From contig CP001817.1 in the NCBI GenBank assembly GCA_000217635.1, positions 412,926 through 444,925 on the forward strand: DNA of 32,000 nucleotides, given 5' to 3'. Under the pieces are notes generated by a model. The model ran no database searches. It was not told the DNA's origin and saw only the letters and a program-made list of their open reading frames with translations. Shown piece by piece: positions 19,124-29,146 of this stretch. This DNA is from Candidatus Saccharimonadota bacterium. GTDB taxonomy: Bacteria; Pseudomonadota; Gammaproteobacteria; Enterobacterales; Enterobacteriaceae. Position numbers and translations under genes: made by a program. Position 1 is the first letter of the stretch; every line of letters starts with the position of its first letter.

Positions 19124-21079
19124 CTATTTATTAAACCATACTACTGAAGATCTAGGAAGTTCTAATAAAAAACGACTAGGTTGTAAATTTTCTTTAATAC
19201 CAAATTTTTTTTTTTTTTTGCAAAAACTTAAAAATAATTGTTGTCTTGCACGTGTAATACCAACATACATTAAACGACGTTCTTCAGAAACGTTATTATT
19301 TAAAATACTTTTTTGATGAGGCAAAGTTCCTTCTTCTAACCCTACTATATATACCACCAAAAATTCTAAACCTTTTGAAGCATGTAACGTCATTAATCGC
19401 AATTTATCAAATGTTTTATTTAAATGTTTTTTTTTAATATTTTGATGGAAATTTTGATCGGTTATTAAATGTAATAATCCATCACCTAACATTATAGGTT
19501 TCTCTGTATTTTTCTTATTTAAAATATTATTTAACCATTTTGAAAATATTTTTATATTTTTAATGGTTTTCATTAATAACATTGAATCCTTAATTTTTAT
19601 ATTTAACCAGCCAATATAATCAATTTTTTTAATTACCAAATCAAGAATTTTTTTAGATTTCCTAGGAACCAATAACATAATTTTTTTAATCCATGTAATA
19701 AAATTATGTAAAATTAAAATAGTATTTTTCTTGAAAAAACACATAATACGCTCATCTATACATGCATGAAATAAACTTATTTTAAATTTTTTTGCTAAAG
19801 TTTTTAATTTTATTAATGTAACTGAACCAATTTTTCGACGCGGCACATTAATAATACGCAAAAATGCTAAATCATCATAAGGATTAACAATGAGACGTAA
19901 ATATGCTAATAAATCTTTAATTTCTGAATTATCAAAAAAAGAATTCCCTTCATGTATATAATATGGAATATTTCGATATATCAATTCAAATTCAAAAATC
20001 TTTGCTTGATAATTATTACGATATAAAATTACATAATCTTTAAATTTTTTTTTATAAAGATTTTTATGAATCTTAATATGATCAATAATCACTTTTGCTT
20101 CATGTATTTCATTTAGCGTTACAAAAATATGAATTTTTTGCCATACGCTAAAGTAGAAAATAATTTTTTTATTAAAAATATTAGAATTATTAGAAATTAG
20201 TTGATTTGCAGCTTTTAAAATACACCCAGAAGAACGATAATTTTGTTCCATTTTCACTACATTTAATTTAGGAAAATCATCTTTTAACAAATAAAAATTT
20301 TTTGGTCTTGCCCCTCTCCAAGAATAAATAGATTGATCATCATCACCAACCAACGTAAAATTTGGATCATTACCGCTTAAAACTTTAATCAATTCATATT
20401 GACTATGATTAGTATCTTGATATTCATCAACTAATAAATATTGAATTTTTTTTTTGCCAACGCGTTCTAACCAATAAATTATTTTTAATAACAATGTAGG
20501 TATAAAAATTAAATCATCAAAATCTAGTAAATTATGGGATGTTAAAAAATTTGTATATTTATTATATAAATAAAAAAACTTTTCATTTAATATTTTTTTT
20601 ATATGCAAATGAACTGATTTCGGAGATAATAAAAGATTTTTCCATTCTTTAATTTGATTTAATAATACTTTTAATAAGTTAATATTATTATTTAAATCTA
20701 TAGATGCTAAATCTTTCAATACACGCAATTGTTCATAATTATTTAATAAAGTTAAAGAAGAAGAAGAAGAAGAAGAAAAACCTAAAATTTTAATTTCCTT
20801 TCTAATGATTTTTAAGCCAAAAGCGTGAAATGTAAAAATGGATAATTTTTTTATTATATCGTTAGATAATACATGTAATAAACGCCATCGTATTTCATCA
20901 GCCGCTTTATTAGTAAAAGTTATAGTAATAATTTTAGCGGGATCATATTGATATATATTAATTAATTGAATAATTTTATTGATAATTACACTGGTTTTAC
21001 CAGAACCGGCACCTGCTAATACTAAACAAGGGCCATGAATTAAATGAATAGCTTTTTTTTGTGCAATATTTAATTTCAT
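19124..21079 (-). CDS. rep: ATP-dependent DNA helicase Rep, with two internal compensated frameshift pairs and a Ser7 repeat
   Basis: From ATG 21079 the sequence [36 protein letters not shown] aligns with E. coli [80 protein letters not shown] and YVGITRA are all present. Out-of-frame patches are described in the findings. Confidence 0.9.
   Translation of the reverse strand: [651 protein letters not shown]
20755..20775. repeat. (AAG)7 trinucleotide microsatellite inside rep (read as Ser7 on the coding strand)
   Basis: Seven perfect tandem aag units run from 20755 to 20775, followed by aaaaa. They encode the [10 protein letters not shown] stretch, which has no counterpart in E. coli Rep. Confidence 0.9.
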
Positions 21080-21188
21080 AATATTTTTATAATTATAACC
21101 AAGAAATATAATTAAATAAAAAAAATTAATTTTTATATAAAAATATACGTATACCAACAACATATTAACTATATTAAAAATTTATAAT

Positions 21189-22655
21189 TTATATCTGTTT
21201 CATTTTTTGCATATAAGATCGCAAGTGTTTACCAATTTTTTCAATTTTATGATTTTGAATATCATTGTTAAGCGATAATAATGTATTATTGTTAACATTA
21301 GAATCTATTATAGACTCCCCTAAATCACTACTTTTTAATGATGTCATAAATTTTCTTAATAAAGGGATCGCATTACTAGAAAACAAATAATTTCCATATT
21401 CTGCTGTATCTGAAATAACCATATTCATTTCATATAGTCTTTTTCGTGCAATTGTATTAGCAATTAAAGGTAATTCATGTAACGATTCATAATATGCAGA
21501 TTCTTTTGTAATTCCTGTTTCTATCATAGTTTCAAAAGATAATTCGATTCCAGATTTTAACATAGCTATCATTAATGTACATTTTTCAAAATATTCTTGA
21601 TCTTTAATAGTTCGATGGTCATATAAATGTGATTTTTCAAAATCAGAATCTTGCAATTCTTTTCTCCATGTATATAACTCAATATCATTATTTTTCCAAT
21701 CTTTAATCATCTTTTCAGAAAATTGACCAGATATAATGTTATCCATATGGAGTCGATATAATGGTCGTAAAATTTTTTTTAACTCTAAAGACAATTCATG
21801 AACACGTATTTTAGCTGAACTTGATATACGATCTAGTAATAATGTGATACCACCTAGTTTCATAACTTCAGTTAATTTTTCCCATCCAAATTGCAATAAT
21901 GTTACAGAATATTTAGTATCATAACCTTTACTAATTAAATGTTCATAACATACTAAAGAACAAGCTTGTAACATACCACATAAAATAGTTTGCTCACCCA
22001 TTAAATCTGATTTAACTTCAGCAATAAACGAAGAATGTAAAACACCCGCTTTATGAGAACCTAATCCTACAGCCCAAGCTTTAGCAAATTCTAAACCTTT
22101 TGCGTCTGGATTGTTATCTTTATGTACAGCAATTAAAGCCGGAACACCAAAACCTTTTAGAAATTCTTGACGTACTTCTGTTCCAGGACATTTAGGGGCT
22201 ACCATAATAACCGTAATATCTGAACGAATTTTTTCTCCCATTTCAACAATGTTAAAACCATGTGAATATCCTAAAATAGAATTTTTTTTCATTAATTTTT
22301 GTAACTTTTTTACTACAACAGAATGTTCTTTATCTGGAGTTAAATTAATAACAAAATCAGCGTTAGGAACTAATTTTTTATATGTATCTACTAAAAAATT
22401 ATTTTTAATAGCATTTCTCCAAGAAAGAGATTTATTCTTTATAGATTCTTTTCGTAAAGCAAATGAAACAGATAAACCGGAATCCCGTAAGTTTAAACCT
22501 TGATTTAAACCTTGCGCACCACAACCAACAATAACTATATTTTTTTTATGTAATGCCTCTGTTTTTTTAAAAAATTCATTTTTATTTAATAAAAAACCAG
22601 TTCTTAATTCTTTTAATTGATTTCTAAAATTTAATGAATTGAAATAATTTTTCAA
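21189..22655 (-). CDS. ilvC: Ketol-acid reductoisomerase
   Basis: [55 protein letters not shown] and [24 protein letters not shown] are collinear with E. coli IlvC over the full length. Confidence 0.97.
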   Translation of the reverse strand: MKNYFNSLNFRNQLKELRTGFLLNKNEFFKKTEALHKKNIVIVGCGAQGLNQGLNLRDSGLSVSFALRKESIKNKSLSWRNAIKNNFLVDTYKKLVPNADFVINLTPDKEHSVVVKKLQKLMKKNSILGYSHGFNIVEMGEKIRSDITVIMVAPKCPGTEVRQEFLKGFGVPALIAVHKDNNPDAKGLEFAKAWAVGLGSHKAGVLHSSFIAEVKSDLMGEQTILCGMLQACSLVCYEHLISKGYDTKYSVTLLQFGWEKLTEVMKLGGITLLLDRISSSAKIRVHELSLELKKILRPLYRLHMDNIISGQFSEKMIKDWKNNDIELYTWRKELQDSDFEKSHLYDHRTIKDQEYFEKCTLMIAMLKSGIELSFETMIETGITKESAYYESLHELPLIANTIARKRLYEMNMVISDTAEYGNYLFSSNAIPLLRKFMTSLKSSDLGESIIDSNVNNNTLLSLNNDIQNHKIEKIGKHLRSYMQKMKQI

Positions 22656-22754
22656 AATTTAAATCCTTATAGAAGATAATAAATATAAAATAAAGCACAT
22701 TAATAATGTATTAAATATAAATATCTATATTAAAGTAAAGAAATAAACTATTTT

Positions 22755-24608
22755 TTATTTATTATATATTTTATTTAAATCACGAACAGCACCTTTATCA
22801 GCGCTTGTTGCTAACATACTATAAATTTTTAATGAATCAGAAATAACACGATGACGGTTTTTTGGCGTATATGCTTGTAATCCTCGATTTTCTTGTTCTA
22901 ATGCTCTTTTTTTTAAAATATCTTTTGAAACATTTAAAGTAATACTACGTTTTTGAATATTAATAGAAATTAAATCACCATTTTCTACTAACGCTATCAA
23001 TCCACGATTAGCTGCTTCTGGAGAAATATGTCCTATCGATATTCCAGATGTACCTCCTGAAAAACGACCATCAGTAATTAAAGCGCAAGATTTATCTAAC
23101 CCTTTAGATTTTAAATATGTGGTAGGATATAACATTTCTTGCATCCCCGGACCCCCGCATGGTCCTTCATATCTAATAACTATAACATTTCCTGGTAATA
23201 TATTATCATTTAAAATTGCTTGTATAGCATCATCTTGACTATCATAGACACATGCTTTACCTATAAAAACTAAGTTTTTTTTATAAATCCCGGCTGTTTT
23301 TACTATACAACCTTTATCTGCTATATTTCCGTATAATACTGCTAATCCACCATCATAACTATATGCATATTTATATGACCGTATACAACCAAATTGACGA
23401 TCTATGTCTAAATTAGGCCATTTAAACGATTGAGAAAAAGGAAGAATAGTGCGTGTCCCACAAGGTCCCGCTAAAAATAGCGATTCTATATCTCTATTTT
23501 CAGTTTTTAAAATATCATATATTTTTAAAGTATCAGATAATGTTATACCTAAAATATTAAAGATTGAAGTATCAATCATTTTTTTATTATTTAATTCAGC
23601 TACAATAGCCATAATACCGCCAGCTCGATGTAAATCTTCTATATGATAGATATTTGAACTAGGAGATAATTTACATAAATGCGGTGTTTTACGAGATAAT
23701 ATATCAATATCTTGCATAGTAAAATCGACTTTAGCTTCATGTGCCATTGCTAAAAGATGAAGCACGGTATTAGTAGATCCTCCTATAGCTATATCTACTG
23801 TCATAGCATTTTTTAACGAACTTCTAGTTACTAAATTTCGAGGCAATAATTTAGAATTATTATTTTCATAATAATCTTTAGTATTTTTTACAATAATTTC
23901 TCCAACTTTTAAAAAAAGTTTTTTACGTTCTGTATGGGTAGCTAAAATTGTACCATTACCAGGTAAAGATAAACCAAAAACTTCTGTTAAACAATTCATA
24001 GAATTTGCAGTAAACATACCAGAACATGATCCACAAGTAGGACATGCTGATTCTTCGATATTATGCAATACATCATCAGATGTATTTTTATTTATACTAT
24101 GCATTATTGCATCAACTAAGTCTACAGTCATAATTTTATTATCTAGTATTACCTTACCTGATTCCATAGGTCCACCAGATACGAAAGCAGTTGGAATATT
24201 TAATCTTAAAGAAGCTAATAACATACCGGGAGTAATTTTATCACAGTTAGAAATACATACCATCGCATCAACACAATGTGCATTAATCATATATTCTATT
24301 GAATCTGCAATTAATTCTCGAGAAGGCAGCGAATAAAGCATTCCAGAATGCCCCATGGCAATTCCATCATCTATCGCAATTGTATTAAATTCTTTTGCAA
24401 TACCACCAAAATTTTTTATTTGATCAGAAACTAATTTTCCTAAATCACGTAAATGAATATGGCCGGGAACAAATTCAGTAAAAGAATTTACAACCGCAAT
24501 AATTGGTTTCCCAAAATCTTCTTCTTTAACTCCGGTTGCTCTCCATAATGCCCGAGCACCTGCCATATTTCTTCCGTTAGTAGTTTTTGAAGAGCGATAG
24601 ATAGGCAT
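22755..24608 (-). CDS. ilvD: Dihydroxy-acid dehydratase
   Basis: [54 protein letters not shown] and [12 protein letters not shown] are collinear with E. coli IlvD over the full length. Confidence 0.97.
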   Translation of the reverse strand: MPIYRSSKTTNGRNMAGARALWRATGVKEEDFGKPIIAVVNSFTEFVPGHIHLRDLGKLVSDQIKNFGGIAKEFNTIAIDDGIAMGHSGMLYSLPSRELIADSIEYMINAHCVDAMVCISNCDKITPGMLLASLRLNIPTAFVSGGPMESGKVILDNKIMTVDLVDAIMHSINKNTSDDVLHNIEESACPTCGSCSGMFTANSMNCLTEVFGLSLPGNGTILATHTERKKLFLKVGEIIVKNTKDYYENNNSKLLPRNLVTRSSLKNAMTVDIAIGGSTNTVLHLLAMAHEAKVDFTMQDIDILSRKTPHLCKLSPSSNIYHIEDLHRAGGIMAIVAELNNKKMIDTSIFNILGITLSDTLKIYDILKTENRDIESLFLAGPCGTRTILPFSQSFKWPNLDIDRQFGCIRSYKYAYSYDGGLAVLYGNIADKGCIVKTAGIYKKNLVFIGKACVYDSQDDAIQAILNDNILPGNVIVIRYEGPCGGPGMQEMLYPTTYLKSKGLDKSCALITDGRFSGGTSGISIGHISPEAANRGLIALVENGDLISINIQKRSITLNVSKDILKKRALEQENRGLQAYTPKNRHRVISDSLKIYSMLATSADKGAVRDLNKIYNK

Positions 24609-24624
24609 TTTTTAATACTCATAT

Positions 24625-24662
24625 GTAAAAAAGATTTATGAAAACAAAAAGTTTTTCATAAA
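24625..24662 (-). terminator. AT-rich hairpin plus T6 run in the tRNA-Trp/ilvD spacer, 16 nt upstream of the ilvD ATG
   Basis: On the minus strand the sequence reads tttatgaaaa / 8-nt loop / ttttcataaa, then tcTTTTTTac. The 10-bp stem has only one G:C pair, so stability is doubtful. Confidence 0.3.
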
Positions 24663-24895
24663 AAAATTTTTTATATTTTTATTAAATATAATATAAATTT
24701 TTATTTTTCAATGTTTAAAATTTATATTAATTAATTGAATTTTTAAAAATATATTGTGTAATTTATTTTTTTTTGAAAGGCAAATATGATAAGATTTTAA
24801 GAACATATTGTATTAAATATTATTTAATAGTTTTATAAATAAATACAGTACCTAAATTTAATATCAGATTTTTATCTATAACATATAATATACAA

Positions 24896-24969
24896 CAGGG
24901 GTGGAGGGATTTGAACCCCCAACATTCGGTTTTGGAGACCGATGCTCTACCAAATTGAACTACACCCCT
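24896..24969 (-). tRNA. trpT: tRNA-Trp (anticodon CCA)
   Basis: The reverse complement aggggtgtagttcaatttggtagagcatcggtctCCAaaaccgaatgttgggggttcaaatccctccacccctg matches E. coli trpT. Confidence 0.9.
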
Positions 24970-25250
24970 TAATATTTAGATATATTTTAAGAATATTATA
25001 ATATTATTGTTTTTTTAAAAATATTATTATTAAAATAATTATACATGAGAGATAAAAAAAAAACAACCTTAACAAATTTTTATAAGTAATTTATAAAAAA
25101 ATTTAAATATAATTTTATATATAAAATATTTTATCTATTAAAATATATAAACTTATTAAATATATTTTTATATTCTATAAAAATATTAAATTAAATATAT
25201 AATTTTTATGGTCTTATCTTAATTATACTAAACGAGTGTATATATATAAT

Positions 25251-26464
25251 ATGACAAATAAACCGATTTATTTAGATTACGCAGCAACTACCCCATTAGA
25301 CCCAAAAGTAGCAAAAAAAATGAAAAATTATTTTACTATTGATGGAAATTTTGGAAATGCAGCATCACGATCTCATCAATTTGGTTGGAATGCAGAAGAA
25401 GCAGTAGATATTGCAAGAAATGAAATTGCTACTTTAATTGGAGCAGATTCACGGGAAATTATTTTTACTTCCGGAGCAACTGAATCTAATAATTTAGCAA
25501 TTAAAGGAATTTATGAATTTTATAAAAAAAAAAATAATCATATAATTACAAGTAAAATTGAACATAAATCCGTTTTAGATACTTGTAGATATTTAGAAAA
25601 TGATGGTTGTCAAATAACATACTTAAGTCCTCAATCCAATGGTATAATAGATATTGAAGAAATAAAAAAAAATATTCTACCCACTACACTATTAATATCT
25701 ATCATGCATGTTAATAATGAAACTGGAGTAATACAAGATATTAAATCAATTGGAAAATTATGTAAAAAAAAAGGAATATTTTTTCACGTTGATGCTACAC
25801 AAAGTGTTGGAAAAATTCATATTAATTTAAAAAAATTAATGATTGATTTGTTATCTTGTTCTGCTCATAAAATATATGGACCTAAAGGTATAGGAATTTT
25901 ATATGTACGACGTCAACCTCGAGTACGTTTAACAGCTCAAATACATGGCGGAGGTCATGAACGAGGCATGAGATCTGGAACATTAGCAGTGCATCAAATT
26001 GTTGGTTTTGGAAAAGCCTGTAAAATATTAACAAAAAAAATGAAAAAAGAGAATATCCAATATATTCAATTAAGAAATATGTTATGGAATGGTATTAAAA
26101 ATATACCAGAAATTTATTTAAATAGTCCATTAAAATATATTACAAGCAATATTTTAAATGTTAGTTTTAATTTTATTGAGGGTGAATCATTAATAATGGC
26201 TTTAAAAAATTTAGCAATTTCTTCAGGATCTGCTTGTACATCAGCTAGTTTAGAAGCCTCTTATGTATTACGTGCAATGGGTGTCAAAGATGAATTGGCT
26301 CATAGTTCTATTCGTTTTTCTTTAGGTAGATTTACATCAATTAATGATATTCAACGTACAATAAAAAAATACATAAAGCAGTTAATAAATTACGAATTCT
26401 TTCTCCATTATGGGAAATGTTTGAAAAAGGTGTAAATTTAGATACAATTTTATGGAATCAATAG
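25251..26464 (+). CDS. iscS: Cysteine desulfurase IscS, last ~32 codons displaced by one frameshift
   Basis: [55 protein letters not shown] and [12 protein letters not shown] align to E. coli IscS. After A7 26363..26369 the conserved tail [24 protein letters not shown] (~[25 protein letters not shown]) is in another frame ending at TAG 26462..26464. The track ORF ends at 26435 with an unrelated tail. Confidence 0.9.
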
Positions 26465-26482
26465 TTTTTTGGAGTAAAAATT

Positions 26483-26848
26483 ATGACTTATAGTAAGAAG
26501 GTATTAGATCATTATGAAAATCCGCGAAATGTCGGATCTTTTTCTGATAATGAAAAAAATGTTGGAAGCAGTTTAGTAGGGGCACCTTCTTGTGGAGATG
26601 TTATGAAATTACAAATAAAAGTTAATTCTCAAAATAATATTATAGAAGATGCATGTTTCAAAACATATGGTTGTGGCTCTGCAATAGCATCTAGTTCATT
26701 AATAACAGAATGGGTAAAAGGAAAAACATTAAAAGAAGCAAAAAAAATAAAAAATTCAGAGATAGCAAAAGAACTGGAATTACCTCCTGTAAAAATACAT
26801 TGCTCTATTTTAGCAGAAGATGCAATTAAAGCTGCTATTGCAGATTAA
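26483..26848 (+). CDS. iscU: Fe-S cluster assembly scaffold IscU
   Basis: YSKKVLDHYENPRNVGSF, GAPSCGDVMKLQIKV, KTYGCGSAIASSSL and LPPVKIHCSILAEDAIKAAIAD are close to E. coli IscU. GGAG lies 8 nt upstream of the ATG. Confidence 0.97.
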   Translation: MTYSKKVLDHYENPRNVGSFSDNEKNVGSSLVGAPSCGDVMKLQIKVNSQNNIIEDACFKTYGCGSAIASSSLITEWVKGKTLKEAKKIKNSEIAKELELPPVKIHCSILAEDAIKAAIAD

Positions 26849-26899
26849 TAAAAAAAATTAAAAAGCAAAAAAAAATTTAATTTTATAATTTTTATATAT

Positions 26900-26938
26900 G
26901 TGCTGAAAAATTTATCGTTTATTTCAGCACTATTTTTT
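26900..26938 (+). terminator. Rho-independent terminator between iscU and hscB
   Basis: The 9-bp stem gtgctgaaa / tttcagcac has a 13-nt loop. It is followed by ta and a T6 run at 26933..26938. Confidence 0.6.
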
Positions 26939-27003
26939 AAAAAGTATTATATTTTTTGATATATTAATAAAATATTTAGCTTTAAAAAAAATAAGGAATA
27001 TTC

Positions 27004-27501
27004 ATGGATTATTTTACTTTATTTCAAATACCAAAACAATTTCAAATAAATTTAGTAGTTTTAGAAAAAAATTTTTATTTATTACAAAAAAAATATCATC
27101 CAGATGTATATAAAAAAAAAAATCCTAGTGATAGTAATAATTGTAATTTTTTTTCTGCTAAAATAAATAAAGCATATAATATATTAAAAGATAAATTTAG
27201 TAGAGCAAAATATCTTTTAAAAATTTATAAAAATGAAAATAAAATAGTTAATAAAAACTATATTGTTACAAATAGTTTTTTAAATAAACAATTTAAATTG
27301 TATGAAATAATTGAAACGTTTAAAATAAAAAAAGAAAATATTAAAAATATTAATAATTTTATAAAAGCTATAGAAAATAAAATAAATTATTATTTTTTAA
27401 AAATTGCTCAAGAATTTCAATTAAAAAAAATAATTGAGGCTCAAAAAACATTACATTACTTATTTTTTAAAAAAAAATATTACTTAAAGTTCAAAAACTA
27501 A
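27004..27501 (+). CDS. hscB: Fe-S co-chaperone HscB (J-protein)
   Basis: MDYFTLFQIPKQFQIN...LQKKYHPD aligns with E. coli MDYFTLFGLPARYQLD...LQRQYHPD. The HPD motif is intact. The gene is extremely K/N/I-rich. Confidence 0.88.
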   Translation: MDYFTLFQIPKQFQINLVVLEKNFYLLQKKYHPDVYKKKNPSDSNNCNFFSAKINKAYNILKDKFSRAKYLLKIYKNENKIVNKNYIVTNSFLNKQFKLYEIIETFKIKKENIKNINNFIKAIENKINYYFLKIAQEFQLKKIIEAQKTLHYLFFKKKYYLKFKN

Positions 27502-27510
27502 AGGATAATT

Positions 27511-29031
27511 ATGTTAAATAAAAAAAAAATCTTATGTTATTGGGATAGATTTTGGAACATCTTATTGTTTAATATCATTTATAAAAAAATAAAAAACTAT
27601 TTATTGTATCTGATAAAAAAAAACAGAAAATATTTTCCTTCTATTGTATCTTTTCAAAATCAATCTATTCAAGTAGGTTGGCATGCTAAAAAGAAAATGT
27701 TTCAAGATCCAATTAATATTATTTCTTCAATAAAAAGATTTATTGGACTTTCAAAAGATAATATATATAAAAAATATCCCATGTTGCCTTATTTAATTAA
27801 AGAAAATGATAAAAATCAAATAATATTTACAACTAAATTTGGAAAAATAAATATTTCTTTTATTATTAAAACTATTTTAAAATATCTACTTAAAAAAGCA
27901 AAAAAATTTAATAAAATTTTAATTAAAGGAGCAGTAATTACTGTTCCGGCATATTTTAATAGTATACAAAAAAATGAAATAAGAAAAGCAGCTCATGAAA
28001 TTAATTTAAAAGTACTACGACTATTAAATGAACCAACAGCAGCTGCAATTGCATATGGATTAGAAAAAAAACAAAAAGGTATTTTTTGTGTATATGATTT
28101 AGGAGGAGGAACTTTTGATGTATCTATATTAAAAATATCTAAAGGGGTGTTTGAAGTTTTAGCTACTAATGGTCACTCTAGTTTAGGTGGAGATGATTTT
28201 GATATATTAATTGCTAATTTTATCTCTAAAAAAATAAATAATGTATGTAAACTAACAGAAATAGAATATAAAAATTTACTTATTAAATCAGAAAAAATAA
28301 AAATCACATTAAGTACAACAGAGAAAACAGAAATAATATTTTTAAATCAAAAAATTATATTGACTAGAAAAAATTTTAATATTTTAATTTATTCATTAGT
28401 TCAAAAAACCATAAAAATATTACAATCAGCTCTTTTAGATGCGAATATTAATGTTAAAAATATTAGTGAAATTATATTAGTAGGTGGATCAACTTATATT
28501 CCATTAATTCAAAATACCCTTGAAAAATTTTTTTCTAAAAAACCTTTATCATCAATTAATCCATCTGAAGTAGTAGTAAGAGGTGCAGGCTTACATGCAT
28601 ATTTTTTAAATGCTCAAAAAAAATATGATAATAGAAATCCAATTTTATTATTAGATGTCTTACCTATTTCTATAGGAATAGAATTAATGGGTGGATTTAT
28701 GGAAAAAATGATTTTAAAAAACACTACCTTACCTATAGAAGTTAGTAAAATATTTACAAATTTTAAAAAAACCAAACAGGATTTTGTATTAATATTTTTC
28801 AGGGAGAAAAAAAAATATGTTAAAGATTGTCAATTATTAACTCAATTTAAAATAAAAGATTTACCTAAAAAAAATGCAGGAGAAATAAAAATTGTAATCA
28901 CATTTCAAATTGACGTTGATGGTTTATTAAGTATTTTAGTAAGAAATGATAAACTCAATATTCAAAAAAATATAAAAATCGATTCTATTTATAGTAACAA
29001 AAATATTACTACAGTAAATTTTGAAAAATAA
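27511..29031 (+). CDS. hscA: Fe-S chaperone HscA (Hsp70 family), with two compensated frameshift pairs and no C-terminal lid
   Basis: VITVPAYFNSIQKNEIRKAA, LRLLNEPTAAAIAYGL, VYDLGGGTFDVSILK, GVFEVLATNGHSSLGGDDFD, LVGGSTYIPL, LLLDVLPISIGIE and ITFQIDVDGLLS align to E. coli HscA. AAGGA lies 6 nt upstream of the ATG. Lesions are described in the findings. Confidence 0.9.
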   Translation: MLNKKKILCYWDRFWNILLFNIIYKKIKNYLLYLIKKNRKYFPSIVSFQNQSIQVGWHAKKKMFQDPINIISSIKRFIGLSKDNIYKKYPMLPYLIKENDKNQIIFTTKFGKINISFIIKTILKYLLKKAKKFNKILIKGAVITVPAYFNSIQKNEIRKAAHEINLKVLRLLNEPTAAAIAYGLEKKQKGIFCVYDLGGGTFDVSILKISKGVFEVLATNGHSSLGGDDFDILIANFISKKINNVCKLTEIEYKNLLIKSEKIKITLSTTEKTEIIFLNQKIILTRKNFNILIYSLVQKTIKILQSALLDANINVKNISEIILVGGSTYIPLIQNTLEKFFSKKPLSSINPSEVVVRGAGLHAYFLNAQKKYDNRNPILLLDVLPISIGIELMGGFMEKMILKNTTLPIEVSKIFTNFKKTKQDFVLIFFREKKKYVKDCQLLTQFKIKDLPKKNAGEIKIVITFQIDVDGLLSILVRNDKLNIQKNIKIDSIYSNKNITTVNFEK

Positions 29032-29050
29032 TAAGCTTTTTAAGCTTATT
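29030..29050 (+). terminator. Hairpin overlapping the hscA stop codon (aataagctt / ttt / aagcttatt)
   Basis: A 9-bp perfect stem with a 3-nt loop is followed by T-rich sequence (tattattattaatttt). Confidence 0.4.
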
Positions 29051-29146
29051 TATTATTATTAATTTTAATTAATATATAATTTATATTTATTTTTAATAAA
29101 TTTAAAAATATATTTAATATTAAAAAATTATTGGAGATTCATATTT

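Noticed and set aside
18449-21163. N-terminal extensions in the ORF track for rho (to 18469), trxA (to 19037) and rep (to 21163); the same applies to trmB (to 1553) and iscS (from 25236)
   Set aside because: The extensions begin at TTG or GTG or at upstream ATG codons, have no ortholog counterpart, and in trmB overlap the divergent mutY start. Internal ATGs that align with the E. coli N-termini, some with SD motifs, are preferred.
22249-23646. 84-aa and 65-aa plus-strand ORFs antisense to ilvC and ilvD
   Set aside because: These are shadow ORFs opposite strongly conserved full-length genes, with no homology or RBS.
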